A DNA stretch of 64,000 nucleotides from assembly GCA_005798825.1 (NCBI GenBank), contig SYIL01000004.1:37769-101768 (forward strand), read 5' to 3'. The notes below the pieces were generated by a model that ran no database searches, was not told the DNA's origin, and saw only the letters and a list, made by a program, of their open reading frames with translations. How positions within the stretch are numbered: position 1 is the stretch's first letter; every line of letters starts with the position of its first letter. This document shows, one piece after another, positions 9,524-19,752 of the stretch. The stretch comes from Bacteroidota bacterium (GTDB taxonomy: Bacteria > Bacteroidota > Bacteroidia > NS11-12g > UBA955). Both the position numbers and the translations under genes were made by a program.

Positions 9524-10250
9524 TTCCCAAATAATGATCAATGAGGCCGCGGATAAAATATAAAAGGGGCAAAAGAAGAATTGCCATTACTAGTTTGTAG
9601 GCATAATTTATTGTTCCTACCTGTAAAATCCAAAGTAAATCATGTATACCGCTTAAATAAAAAGCGATTATTAATACAACATAGCTATCGATAAACTGGC
9701 TAACAACCGAGCTCCCGGTAGAACGTAACCAAATATGTTTATCACCTGTTTTGGCTTTTAATTTTTCGAATATAAGTGCATCAACCATTTGGCCAATCAG
9801 GAATGCGACCAATGAACCCAGAATAATCATCAAGCCTTGTCCAAAAATTGCATTAAAAGCGTTTTCCATGTCATTCAGCCCTAGATTTTGACCACTCGAA
9901 TTCCAACGATTCGCACCTTTAAGCGCCATGGCCAATCGTACAGCCAAAAATGAATACACTAGAAGTCCCGCAGCAATCCAAGACAATTTCTGTACACCTT
10001 TTTTGCCAAAATATTCATTGATTATGTCGGTTAAAATAAAAACAAAAGGCCATAATATAACTCCTGCTGTCATATCAAAATTGCATTTACCACCTAAAAT
10101 TTGAAGGTTTGCTTGGGCTATGCCTAGTGTTCCTTCTAAAGAAAATATTTTAGCCCCGATAAATTCTGCAACAATGGCATTGGTTAAAAAAATCATACCA
10201 AGTACTAGAAACAAGTGATTTTTTTTATTGTCCAAAATTGAAATAGCCAT
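9486..10250 (-). CDS. yhhQ: Queuosine precursor transporter (YhhQ/VUT family)
   Basis: AEFIGAKIF, WPFVFILTDIINEYFG, GSLVAFLIGQMVD and WLRSTGSSVVSQFIDS. Start moved to ATG 10250 because the -7 box TATTTTTG (10269-10276) overlaps the track start. Confidence 0.88.
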   Translation of the reverse strand: MAISILDNKKNHLFLVLGMIFLTNAIVAEFIGAKIFSLEGTLGIAQANLQILGGKCNFDMTAGVILWPFVFILTDIINEYFGKKGVQKLSWIAAGLLVYSFLAVRLAMALKGANRWNSSGQNLGLNDMENAFNAIFGQGLMIILGSLVAFLIGQMVDALIFEKLKAKTGDKHIWLRSTGSSVVSQFIDSYVVLIIAFYLSGIHDLLWILQVGTINYAYKLVMAILLLPLLYFIRGLIDHYLGIKKKTVISQTTP

Positions 10251-10365
10251 ATTTTTAAAGTTAGAATGCAAAAATAGTTCAATGTTCGTCTATCAGAATA
10301 GACAATATAAACTTTGTAGATATTAACAGCAAAATGCGTTCGATTTTCTATAGATTTTTGAAGCC

Positions 10366-11433
10366 ATGTCTAATTTCATTAAAATAATAGCTTACAGTAT
10401 ATGTTTAGTCTGCCAATGTTGTCTGACAGAAACAGGGCTTGCTCAGCAGACATTTTCTGTATTCATGGAAAAGGGTATTCGCTCAGATGAGGATAAAGAG
10501 TTTTTGCAAGCGGTTGCCAATTTTGAACACGCGATTGAGATTGAACCCAATAATGAACAAGCTTGGCTCAGCCTTGGTGTGGTTCGTACTCACATGAAAG
10601 AATATGGTTTGGCTGTGGTTGATTTTAACAAAGCCATTTACCTTAATCCCCAATTGATGACCGCATACTTGTATCGGCATATTGCCTTTCGAGAAACAGA
10701 AAATTATCTATTTGCTTTCAGTGATATAAATTATTATTTGGCGCACAATCAGGGAGATACCATCGCCAGAAAGTATCGTTTTGAAATCTCAATGCTTTTG
10801 AAAGAATGGTCAGTTGCTGCTGACGATTTATTTTGGATTCGCAATAATTTGGGCGAAGATATGTTTACAGCAATGTTCACTCAATTGGCTGCTTCAATTC
10901 AGGCGACCAAATCGTTTGCAGAATTTCAACCCATAGTAACACAATGTAGTTTGGCAAACCCTTCCAATGTAACTGTATTGTTGTCGATGGTCAATAATTC
11001 TTATCAATTGTCTGATTATAACACCTGCTTGAGGGCCGTTAACCCAGCCCTGGTTTTCCAACCACATAATCTTCACCTATTGAAAATCCGTGCAGATGTT
11101 TTATTTTATCTCAACCAATTAGAAGAATCGGAAAAGGCATTTGAATATTTATTGCAATTGGAATCAACAGACGGAAACGCAATGGCAGATTATGGTCATT
11201 GTCTATTGCAATTAAAAAAATGGGGGGAGGCAGATGAGTGGCTAACAAAATCCATTGCCAACAAAAATACAAGTCCGGCATACGCTTATTTGGGAAGAGG
11301 AATTGCACGTTTTAATATGGGAAAAACTGGAATTGCTTGCACTGATTGGGAAAGAAGCTATTTGTTGGGAGAAAAAAATGCTCAAAAATGGCTTGAAGAA
11401 AATTGCCCATCTACAAACAATAGCAAACCATGA
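10366..11433 (+). CDS. TPR-repeat protein, probably exported
   Basis: Signal-peptide-like N-terminus, multiple TPR consensus helices and C-terminal ACxDWxR...AxxWLxxxC. Confidence 0.8.
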   Translation: MSNFIKIIAYSICLVCQCCLTETGLAQQTFSVFMEKGIRSDEDKEFLQAVANFEHAIEIEPNNEQAWLSLGVVRTHMKEYGLAVVDFNKAIYLNPQLMTAYLYRHIAFRETENYLFAFSDINYYLAHNQGDTIARKYRFEISMLLKEWSVAADDLFWIRNNLGEDMFTAMFTQLAASIQATKSFAEFQPIVTQCSLANPSNVTVLLSMVNNSYQLSDYNTCLRAVNPALVFQPHNLHLLKIRADVLFYLNQLEESEKAFEYLLQLESTDGNAMADYGHCLLQLKKWGEADEWLTKSIANKNTSPAYAYLGRGIARFNMGKTGIACTDWERSYLLGEKNAQKWLEENCPSTNNSKP

Positions 11434-12341
11434 AAACACAATGTTTCTTGCCTTTGTTTCTCTGTTTTCTTTGGCTTAACCTAGCCAACTGCCAACAAAC
11501 ACAAAAGAATATTCTTAAAATCAATAAAGATTCTTTTGCTGTTATTAAAATACCCAAATCACAGTTACAATTTTTTTCTACAACCCCCTCCGTTTTGTTT
11601 TGGATTCGGGTAATAAACACAAACAAGGATTCCTGCATTATTGTGCACAAGGAATCCCGAAAAATATTAGAAACCATTGGCTCGGATTGTTTGGATACTT
11701 TGGACAAATACAATAAGCTTGATTCGGTGTCTGACTGTTATCGAAATCAATACAAGTTTGACAGTACTCAACAGATTAAATTTGTTCGTGGTAAAAAGGA
11801 TTTTTTTGATTTTTCTCAGGTGGGCATTCTTGTTGACGACGCCAAAAAAATATTTGAACTTTATAATGTGAACCCAATATATGCACAATTAATTCTGCTA
11901 ATTGAATCACCCAACAACTCCAAAGCCAGCTCGATTTCGGGAGCTGTGGGGCATTACCAACTCATGCCATTTGTGGCAAAAAAATACAAATTGGTTGTAA
12001 GCAAAGCAAGGGATGATCGCCATGATTTTGACAAAAGCAGTATGGCAGCGGCAAAATTATTGCGGGATTATTGTATACCCAATGCCCGAAATATTTCGAT
12101 TTCTATCGGGTTAAGCCCAGATGAAAATGCATTGTGGTTTCAGTTACTGGTAATGCATGTATACAACGCAGGAGCGGGAAATGTGAGAAAAGCAGTTTCA
12201 TATATTGGCCAATGCGCTAATGGAAATGAATTAATTTTAAAGTTGTGGAAAACCCAAGTTGGAGCGTTTGGAAATGCCTCACAAAACTACAGTCAAGTGG
12301 CCCTGGCCAGTTATATAAATTATTTGCAATGGTTGGAGTAA
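11430..12341 (+). CDS. Lytic transglycosylase (SLT domain) protein
   Basis: LIES (catalytic Glu), GAVGHYQLMP and YNAGAGNV motifs. Signal peptide. ATGA overlap with the TPR gene. Confidence 0.82.
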   Translation: MKTQCFLPLFLCFLWLNLANCQQTQKNILKINKDSFAVIKIPKSQLQFFSTTPSVLFWIRVINTNKDSCIIVHKESRKILETIGSDCLDTLDKYNKLDSVSDCYRNQYKFDSTQQIKFVRGKKDFFDFSQVGILVDDAKKIFELYNVNPIYAQLILLIESPNNSKASSISGAVGHYQLMPFVAKKYKLVVSKARDDRHDFDKSSMAAAKLLRDYCIPNARNISISIGLSPDENALWFQLLVMHVYNAGAGNVRKAVSYIGQCANGNELILKLWKTQVGAFGNASQNYSQVALASYINYLQWLE

Positions 12342-12574
12342 CACTATTTGAGATGAGCAAATTCTTTGCGGTGATGGTGCAGCGTAACTCGACAACCATC
12401 GAACAATTCAAAATTCGTCCAGCAACACAAATTCACCAAAAATCAATTTTATTTCGATTGGCGGTTCTCTATTTATCCTTTGGCCAAATGTTTTTATTAA
12501 CAATTCGTAAATTTTATTTTTTACACCCTGAAATATCGTAATAACGACAACAATTTGAATAGGATACATCAATT

Positions 12575-12593
12575 ATTTAGACCAATTTTAAAT
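12575..12593. promoter_or_regulatory. Putative Flavobacteriia-type Fur box upstream of the act operon
   Basis: ATTTAGACCAATTTTAAAT, an imperfect 19-bp palindrome matching ATTTAGAATTATTCTAAAT at 15/19. Confidence 0.45.
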
Positions 12594-12639
12594 TATGAAA
12601 TTTGTTGTGAATTTGTTTCAAGTTGGTGCTTCATTGATT

Positions 12640-12647
12640 TATCTTTG
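12640..12647 (+). promoter_or_regulatory. -7 box (TATCTTTG) for the act operon
   Basis: Exact TAnnTTTG followed by CA, 27 nt before ATG 12675. Confidence 0.7.
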
Positions 12648-12674
12648 CAGTGCAAAAAGAAGTGTTCTTTAAAC

Positions 12675-13988
12675 ATGTTTAAACAAAATACAAAATTCTG
12701 GATGCTCTCTGCCTTTATGGCTTTGACATCATCTGCATTTACCCAAGATTTGCCCGATGCCGATAATGGAAAAAAACTATTTGAAGCCAATTGTCTCGGT
12801 TGTCATGCCATTGATAAAAAAGAAATAGGGCCCGCCCTCCGGGGTATTCACCTTCGAAGAACACCTGAATGGTTGGTTCAATGGATTCGAAACAATGAGA
12901 AGTTTCGAAAGGTAACAAAAGACCCAGATGCAATTGCTCTTTACAACGAGTATAATGGGGCTGCAATGAATGTGTTTGAAAACCTCACGCCAGTCAATGT
13001 TCAGGAAATAGTTGAGTATATCAAGACTGCGCCAGAAGCACCAAAAACTGCCGTTGTGATTGACGCTGGTGATGGAACAAAAAAAGAAGATAATACCAAC
13101 CTGTATATTTTACTTACTCTGGTTGCCATTTTAAGCATTGTCCTGTTGATATTGGCCAGAGTTAAAAACACATTGCGAAGAATCGCTGCTGAAAAAAATC
13201 CAGAAGAATATGCCGAATGGCTAGCTCCAAAAAAAGGCTTTTTTGAAAAATCACTTCCAGGGAAATGGGGCAAATTAAATCCCACTGTTTTAACCTTGTT
13301 TGCTATAGTAATAGTGAGTGTTCCTGCGTTGTATTACGGATTTGAATTTAGCATAACGGAGGTCGCTGTTCAAAAAGGATACGCACCCAAGCAACCCATA
13401 GCGTTTTCTCATCAACTGCATGCTGGTCAATTGAAAATGAATTGTCAATATTGTCATTCTTCTGTCGAAAAAAGCAAACAGGCTTCAATCCCTGCATTGA
13501 ATACCTGTATGAATTGCCACAAGGGTGTTCAACTTACTGAAAAATACAATGGTGAAATTTCCCCTGAAATCAAAAAAATATATACGGCCTTAGATTATAA
13601 TCCTGAAGGCAAAGAGGGCGAGCAATATGGAAAAAATCCCCGTCCTGTTCGCTGGATTAGAATCCATAATTTACCCGATCATGCCTATTTTAATCACTCT
13701 CAACACGTTAAAGTAGGTAAGCAATCTTGTCAGACATGCCATGGTGCCATTGAGAAAATGGAAGTTGTTCAACAGGTGAATACGCTTCAAATGGGGTGGT
13801 GTATAGATTGTCACAGAGTTTCACAAGTAGATGTTGCCAATAATAATTATTACAAAGCGCTTCATGACAAAGCCAAGGCTGATATTGCCAAAAATAATCA
13901 GAGTAGCAAGTATTTTTCAGCTGACGGAACTGTTAAGTTAACAGCAGCTATGAATGGCGGACTGGAATGTTCCAAATGTCACTATTAA
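12675..13988 (+). CDS. actA: Alternative complex III ActA (monoheme + pentaheme cytochrome c)
   Basis: Six CxxCH motifs (CLGCH, CQYCH, CMNCH, CQTCH, CIDCH, CSKCH), QPIAFSHQLH and YFNHSQHV. Start moved to ATG 12675, downstream of the promoter and giving a signal peptide. Confidence 0.93.
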   Translation: MFKQNTKFWMLSAFMALTSSAFTQDLPDADNGKKLFEANCLGCHAIDKKEIGPALRGIHLRRTPEWLVQWIRNNEKFRKVTKDPDAIALYNEYNGAAMNVFENLTPVNVQEIVEYIKTAPEAPKTAVVIDAGDGTKKEDNTNLYILLTLVAILSIVLLILARVKNTLRRIAAEKNPEEYAEWLAPKKGFFEKSLPGKWGKLNPTVLTLFAIVIVSVPALYYGFEFSITEVAVQKGYAPKQPIAFSHQLHAGQLKMNCQYCHSSVEKSKQASIPALNTCMNCHKGVQLTEKYNGEISPEIKKIYTALDYNPEGKEGEQYGKNPRPVRWIRIHNLPDHAYFNHSQHVKVGKQSCQTCHGAIEKMEVVQQVNTLQMGWCIDCHRVSQVDVANNNYYKALHDKAKADIAKNNQSSKYFSADGTVKLTAAMNGGLECSKCHY

Positions 13989-14013
13989 TAGTATCTAAAC
14001 AAGAATAAATACC

Positions 14014-17000
14014 ATGTCAAATAATATCAACTATTGGAAAGGGGAGGATGAGTTATCAAAAAGTAAGTCTTTTGTAAGTGCCCAAAAAAATGAGTTTCAT
14101 GATGATCTCCCTTTGGATGAGATTTTCAATGAGGAGTCAATAGAACTTAAGGCAAATCGCAGGGATTTCTTAAAATATTTTGGATTTAGTGTTACTGCAG
14201 TTGCATTGGCAGCATGTTACAAAACAAAGATTCGGAATGCGATTCCCTATTTGGTTGAGCCTGAAGCTTCAGTATCTGGGGTGGCGAATTACTTTCGTTC
14301 GACCTGTGGGGCCTGTTCTTCTTCTTGTGGTATCGAAGTGAAAGTCCGTGAAGGAAGGCCCATAAAAGTTGATGGAAGTGTAGATTCTCCAATTTCACAA
14401 GGTGGAACTTGTTCGGTAGGCCAGGCATCTATTCTTTCCTTATATGATAATGAGCGTTTGGCAAATCCTTTGGTAAATGGCTCAGAGCAAAAAGAATGGG
14501 CATTGATCGATGCAACTGTTTTAACCCAATTGAATGCGTTAAAGTCTTCCAATTCTAAAATTGTTTTACTCAGTGGCTCTATTCATAGCCCTAGCACACT
14601 TAAAAGTATAGAAAAATTTACAAGCGCATTCCCAAGCCTTGAGCATGTTAGTTACGACGCAATTTCATACAGTGGGATATTGGATGCCAATGAAACAGAT
14701 TTTGGTCAGCGGGTTATTCCTACTTATAAATTTGGCGAAGCGAAAGTAATCGTAAGTTTCGCAGCTGATTTTTTGGGAACTTGGATTTCGCCAGTTGAAT
14801 ATTCTAAAGGATATACCCAGCATCGCCAACCAGGTGTTAAAGGAGGAATGTCCAAGCATATTCAATTTGAAAGTAGTCTGAGTATGACCGGTGCAAACGC
14901 AGATCACCGTTTCCCCATGAGGGTTTCTCAAGAAGCCCTGTATGTTGCTTCTTTATACAATTATATTGCAATTGCAAATGGAACTAAGCAAATCCCTATT
15001 CCTTCTCAAGGAGAATTGGCTGGAAATGCAATCAAAAAAACGGCAGAAGTTCTGTTGAAGTCACAAGGAAAATCGATTGTCATTTCTGGCAGTAATGAAA
15101 CTGAGATTCAACAAATAATCAACGGTATTAATATGTTGTTGGGCAATTATGCCACCGCAATAGATTTAGCCAATCACAGCAACCAATTTAAAGGATCAGA
15201 TAAGAAGACGGCAGAAGTTCTTAAGGGGCTTAATAATGGTGCCATCGGGGGAATAATATTTTATGGGGTCAACCCAGTATACAACCACAATGGAAAAGAA
15301 TGGGCAGCCGGTATCAAAAAAGCCAAATTGTCTATTTCCTTTTCATCTTCCCAAGATGAAACTGCCGCACTTTGTAATTTTGTTTGTCCAGACAACCACT
15401 ATTTGGAAAGTTGGAATGACGCAGAGCCAAGAAAAGGAGTATACCATTTTACACAGCCGACCATTTCCAATGTGTTCAATACCCGCCAAGCACAAATTTC
15501 AATGCTTACATGGTCCAATGCTCTGGTAGTTCCCGAAAAAGACCCCTTTGCATCCAAGGCCATTTTATCCCAAAAATTTCACGCATCTGCATTTTATAAT
15601 TTTATGCGGGACAATTGGGCAAAGGTGCTCATCTCCAATGAAAGTTTTAATGCTGCATTGGAAAAGGGGGTATTGTTAGAAGAGCCACTTGTCGGAATTC
15701 CTGCATACGAAGGGAAAGTTGATGGATTTGCATCTTATGTATTAGCAAATTCGAAAGTTTCAGGGATAGAAATGATACTGTATCAACCCGTAGGCGTCAG
15801 GGATGGAGCCCATGGCAATAATCCGTGGTTGCATGAAAATCCTGACCCCGTAAGCAAGGTTTCTTGGGACAATTATATTGCTTTGCCTAAGTCATTGGCA
15901 GTTGCCCTAGAGATCAGCGAAGGGGATACCGTAAATGTTACCCTTGGCAAGCTTGTGTATGCGGGTGTTCCAACCATAATTCAACCTGGACAGGCCAATA
16001 ATACTATTTCAATGGCTTTGGGCTATGGAAGAACCCATGCGGGAAAAGTCGGGGGAAGCATTGACAAGGGATACAATTCCATTGGGGTTAACGGATTTGC
16101 TTTTGTCAACAATACAGGCAATAGAAATTTTGTAATCAAAAACGTAGAAATTACCAAGAGCGACGATACCTATAATCTTGCTCAAACCCAAACACACCAT
16201 ACCATTGAAGGTCGAGATATTATCAGAGAATCTTCCTTTGAGGCATGGAAAAAAAGCCCGAATGCGGGCAATGATAAGGCCAAAACCCATGTGTATACAA
16301 TTTGGGAGAAACCAGAATATCGCAAGGATGGAGCGCCCAACCACTTATGGGCCATGGCCATTGACCTTAACTCCTGCACAGGGTGTGGGTCTTGTGTTGT
16401 AAGCTGCTCAATTGAAAACAATGTTCCCATTGTGGGTCGCGAACAAGTTCTTTTACGCAGAGAGATGCATTGGATTCGCATCGATCGTTATTACGCATTC
16501 CGCAGTAAGGAGGGCAATTTGACCCGAGAAGACGAAATTGCCAACCAAGATAAAAAGGGCAATCATGATCATTGGCAAGATGTGAGTGTACTGTACCAAC
16601 CGATGATGTGTCAGCATTGCTCGAACGCGCCATGCGAAACTGTTTGTCCGGTATTGGCCACCACCCACAGTTCGGAGGGCTTAAATCAAATGACGTATAA
16701 TCGTTGTATTGGTACAAAATATTGTGGAAACAATTGTCCTTATAAAGTTCGCCGTTTCAATTGGTTTCGATACAACGACAATGATGCTTTCGATTTCAAT
16801 TTTAACAATCCTTTGGGTAAAATGGTGATTAACCCAGATGTTACCGTAAGAACAAGGGGGGTGATGGAAAAATGTTCCTTCTGTGTGCAACGCATTCAAG
16901 AAGGGAAATTGTCTGCCAAAAGGCAGGGAAAATCTCCGAATCAAGTTGCAGTTCAAACAGCTTGTCAAAGGGCATGTCCAAGCAATGCAATTGTTTTTGG

Positions 17001-17133
17001 CGATTTACATAACCCTGAAAGTGAAGTAAGTAAATTATATAAAAATGAGCGTGGATTTACGGTTCTCGAAGAACTTAATATACAGTCATCCGTGATGTAC
17101 ATGACAAAAATTCGAAATAATGACACAATTTAA
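14014..17133 (+). CDS. actB: Alternative complex III ActB (molybdopterin-oxidoreductase-like + Fe-S domain)
   Basis: Tat motif RRDFLK with lipobox LAAC. Fe-S motifs CTGCGSCVVSC, CQHCSNAPCETVCP, CIGTKYCGNNCPY and KCSFC...CQRACP. Confidence 0.95.
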   Translation: MSNNINYWKGEDELSKSKSFVSAQKNEFHDDLPLDEIFNEESIELKANRRDFLKYFGFSVTAVALAACYKTKIRNAIPYLVEPEASVSGVANYFRSTCGACSSSCGIEVKVREGRPIKVDGSVDSPISQGGTCSVGQASILSLYDNERLANPLVNGSEQKEWALIDATVLTQLNALKSSNSKIVLLSGSIHSPSTLKSIEKFTSAFPSLEHVSYDAISYSGILDANETDFGQRVIPTYKFGEAKVIVSFAADFLGTWISPVEYSKGYTQHRQPGVKGGMSKHIQFESSLSMTGANADHRFPMRVSQEALYVASLYNYIAIANGTKQIPIPSQGELAGNAIKKTAEVLLKSQGKSIVISGSNETEIQQIINGINMLLGNYATAIDLANHSNQFKGSDKKTAEVLKGLNNGAIGGIIFYGVNPVYNHNGKEWAAGIKKAKLSISFSSSQDETAALCNFVCPDNHYLESWNDAEPRKGVYHFTQPTISNVFNTRQAQISMLTWSNALVVPEKDPFASKAILSQKFHASAFYNFMRDNWAKVLISNESFNAALEKGVLLEEPLVGIPAYEGKVDGFASYVLANSKVSGIEMILYQPVGVRDGAHGNNPWLHENPDPVSKVSWDNYIALPKSLAVALEISEGDTVNVTLGKLVYAGVPTIIQPGQANNTISMALGYGRTHAGKVGGSIDKGYNSIGVNGFAFVNNTGNRNFVIKNVEITKSDDTYNLAQTQTHHTIEGRDIIRESSFEAWKKSPNAGNDKAKTHVYTIWEKPEYRKDGAPNHLWAMAIDLNSCTGCGSCVVSCSIENNVPIVGREQVLLRREMHWIRIDRYYAFRSKEGNLTREDEIANQDKKGNHDHWQDVSVLYQPMMCQHCSNAPCETVCPVLATTHSSEGLNQMTYNRCIGTKYCGNNCPYKVRRFNWFRYNDNDAFDFNFNNPLGKMVINPDVTVRTRGVMEKCSFCVQRIQEGKLSAKRQGKSPNQVAVQTACQRACPSNAIVFGDLHNPESEVSKLYKNERGFTVLEELNIQSSVMYMTKIRNNDTI

Positions 17134-17153
17134 TTTATCAAAATAACACTAGA

Positions 17154-18503
17154 ATGATACACGATTCAATTCTTAGAGATAGGTTGGTGACAGGTGATAA
17201 AACATCATCCGATGTTACCCGCGATATTTTGCGCCCCATTTTAAACAATCCCTCTAAATCCTGGAAAATTGGCTTCACTATATCTGTTATATTTTTGGGA
17301 ATTTTTGCAATAAGTCTTTTTAATACCTTGTGGAATGGTATTGGTGTTTGGAATATCAACAAATCTGTAATGTGGGGTTGGGATATTACCAATTTCGTAT
17401 TTTGGATTGGCATTGGTCACGCGGGTACATTAATCTCAGCAGTTTTATTATTGTTTCGCCAAAAATGGAGAATGAGTATCAATCGATCTGCCGAAGCGAT
17501 GACGATTTTTGCGGTTGTTTGTGCCGCGATGTTCCCTGTTTTTCACATGGGTAGGGTTTGGGTAGGGTATTGGGCATTGCCATTGCCAAACGCTTTCGGT
17601 TCATTGTGGGTTAATTTTAACTCCCCATTATTATGGGATGTATTTGCAATTTCTACATATTTTAGTGTTTCACTTTTATTTTGGTATATTGGTTTGATAC
17701 CTGACATTGCTACCATTAGAGATAAAGTAACTTCCAAACTTGGAAAGGCAATGTATGGTTTCTTTTCAATGGGTTGGACTGGCTCTACAAGAACCTGGGC
17801 CCGTTATGAATTAATCTCGTTGATTTTGGCAGGCTTGAGCACGCCATTGGTTTTATCGGTTCATACCATTGTATCCACTGACTTTGCTACTTCGTTGGTT
17901 CCTGGATGGCATACTACAATTTTCCCTCCATATTTTGTAGCAGGTGCTATATTTTCTGGATTCGGCATGGTCGCAAGTCTTTTGGTTGTTGCTAGAAAAG
18001 TAATGAACTATGAAAATTATATAACCATTGGCCATTTGGATGCGATGTGTAAAATAATTATGGTAACCGGCAGTATTGTGGGAATTGCCTATCTAACAGA
18101 ATTTTTTATTGCATGGTATTCTGGAAATGAGTACGAACAATATGCGTTTGCAAATCGTGCATTTGGTCCATATTGGTGGGCCTATTGGAGTATGATGAGT
18201 TGTAACCTAATCGCACCCCAAGTTTTTTGGTTTCGTTGGGCAAGAACAACACCATGGTTTATTTTCATTATGAGTATTGTCGTGAATGTTGGTATGTGGT
18301 TTGAACGTTTTGTAATCATTGTAACTTCTCTTCACAGAGATTATTTGCCATCGAGTTGGGTTATGTATTCAGGTTCACTCACAGAAGTAGGTCTGTTTTT
18401 GGGCACATTTGGTATCTTTTTTACTTTCTTTTTCCTATTTGCGAAATTCCTGCCGGTGATTAATATGTCGGAAATAAAATCCATCATGCGCAACCGCGAA
18501 TAA
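17154..18503 (+). CDS. actC: Alternative complex III ActC (NrfD/PsrC-like quinol-binding subunit)
   Basis: WGWDITNFVFWIGIGHAGTLIS, RSAEAMT, NFNSPLLWDVFA and GMWFERFVI. Confidence 0.95.
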   Translation: MIHDSILRDRLVTGDKTSSDVTRDILRPILNNPSKSWKIGFTISVIFLGIFAISLFNTLWNGIGVWNINKSVMWGWDITNFVFWIGIGHAGTLISAVLLLFRQKWRMSINRSAEAMTIFAVVCAAMFPVFHMGRVWVGYWALPLPNAFGSLWVNFNSPLLWDVFAISTYFSVSLLFWYIGLIPDIATIRDKVTSKLGKAMYGFFSMGWTGSTRTWARYELISLILAGLSTPLVLSVHTIVSTDFATSLVPGWHTTIFPPYFVAGAIFSGFGMVASLLVVARKVMNYENYITIGHLDAMCKIIMVTGSIVGIAYLTEFFIAWYSGNEYEQYAFANRAFGPYWWAYWSMMSCNLIAPQVFWFRWARTTPWFIFIMSIVVNVGMWFERFVIIVTSLHRDYLPSSWVMYSGSLTEVGLFLGTFGIFFTFFFLFAKFLPVINMSEIKSIMRNRE

Positions 18504-18526
18504 TGATTAACTTTTTATAAAAAATA

Positions 18527-19096
18527 ATGGCAATCGTAGACAAAAAATTAACCCTTCGCAATCGAAATAAAATCTTGGTTGGTGTTTGGGAAGACGAGGA
18601 CAATCTTCTAGCCGCCGCCACAGCTTTGACCGCTGCTGGTATTCATATTCATGATATTTACACCCCTTACCCTGTTCATGGATTGGACAGAATTATCAAT
18701 GCGAGGAGGAGTAAATTGGCGCGAATTGCTTTTTTCTGTGCTTTAATTGGGTTAACACTTATGACCACTATGATTTGGTATATGTCTGTGTATGATTGGC
18801 CCATGAATGTAGGAAACAAACCCTTACGCTTTACGCCCAGCTGGTCGCCCGTTATGTTTGAAGGAACTGTTTTGTGTACTGCTTTTGGCATGTCTTTTTT
18901 CTTCTTTTGGAGAAATCGTTTGGTTCACGGCATAAAGAACGAAATTCTTGATATTCGCCAAACGGATAATAGGTTGGTTGTGGCTGTTGAAACAACATCT
19001 AATATGGATGAAAAGGCCATATTGACAATGATGAGAAAAAATGGAGCCCTTGAACTAAAATCTTTTCACAAGGGAGTTCAAACAATACTCAAATGA
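18527..19096 (+). CDS. actD: Alternative complex III ActD (DUF3341)
   Basis: YTPYPVHGLD, DWPMNVGNKP and FEGTVL motifs, two TM helices, operon position. Confidence 0.9.
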   Translation: MAIVDKKLTLRNRNKILVGVWEDEDNLLAAATALTAAGIHIHDIYTPYPVHGLDRIINARRSKLARIAFFCALIGLTLMTTMIWYMSVYDWPMNVGNKPLRFTPSWSPVMFEGTVLCTAFGMSFFFFWRNRLVHGIKNEILDIRQTDNRLVVAVETTSNMDEKAILTMMRKNGALELKSFHKGVQTILK

Positions 19097-19749
19097 ACAA
19101 TACGATGAGCAAAAAACTGTATATTTTCTTAAGCACAATAGTCGCGTCAGTCATGATGAGCTCTTGTGTGAGCCGTGGAAACAACGCAGGTTGGGAATAT
19201 GCCCCAGATATGTATTATTCCAAAGGTTACGAACCGTATAGCCAGGTTGATAGTAATAAGATAAATCCGTATGGTATGAACATGCGCGAACCTGTGCCTG
19301 GTACCATAGCCATCGGGAAATTGGATTATCAATTCGGTTTAGAAAATAATGGTGATGGTTATGAGGCATCCATTGATTTAAAGGCACCCACTAATTTGTC
19401 TTATTCAGACGGTCAGGGAAAACATTTGTTCGAAATTTATTGTGTAGTGTGTCATGGTAAATTGGGAAATAATGACGGCGAGGTGTTTAAGAAAGTTCCA
19501 ACCCTGAAGCCTGGCGCTTGGAAAGCCTATACCGATACTTATATTAGAGAATTGCCACAAGGCAAAATTTACCATACTCTAACGTATGGTAAAAACAATA
19601 TGGGTAGCCATGCCTCAGTATTAACCCCATCGGAAAGATGGAAGGTTATTGATTATGTGAAACAACTCAGCAGACAGGTGGTTCCCAGTGCACCCCAAAT
19701 GGACATTCCTCCCTCTTCTGAAGCAAATAAAACTACCTTAACCAATTAA
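19093..19749 (+). CDS. actE: Alternative complex III ActE monoheme cytochrome c lipoprotein
   Basis: Lipobox MSSC, EYAPDMY, CVVCHG and MGSHA (axial Met). Confidence 0.92.
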   Translation: MNNTMSKKLYIFLSTIVASVMMSSCVSRGNNAGWEYAPDMYYSKGYEPYSQVDSNKINPYGMNMREPVPGTIAIGKLDYQFGLENNGDGYEASIDLKAPTNLSYSDGQGKHLFEIYCVVCHGKLGNNDGEVFKKVPTLKPGAWKAYTDTYIRELPQGKIYHTLTYGKNNMGSHASVLTPSERWKVIDYVKQLSRQVVPSAPQMDIPPSSEANKTTLTN

Positions 19750-19752
19750 AAG

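Noticed and set aside
10250-10366. preQ1 riboswitch upstream of yhhQ
   Set aside because: The predicted leader is too short and no preQ1 stem-loop/A-tract consensus is visible.
12245-12541. 98-aa ORF (or 62 aa from ATG 12353) in the gap before actA
   Set aside because: No motif and no promoter box. It overlaps the SLT gene out of frame, and the region is better explained as the act regulatory region.
12555-12674. Cys-rich N-terminal extension of ActA in the track
   Set aside because: It spans the -7 promoter box. ATG 12675 gives a proper signal peptide.
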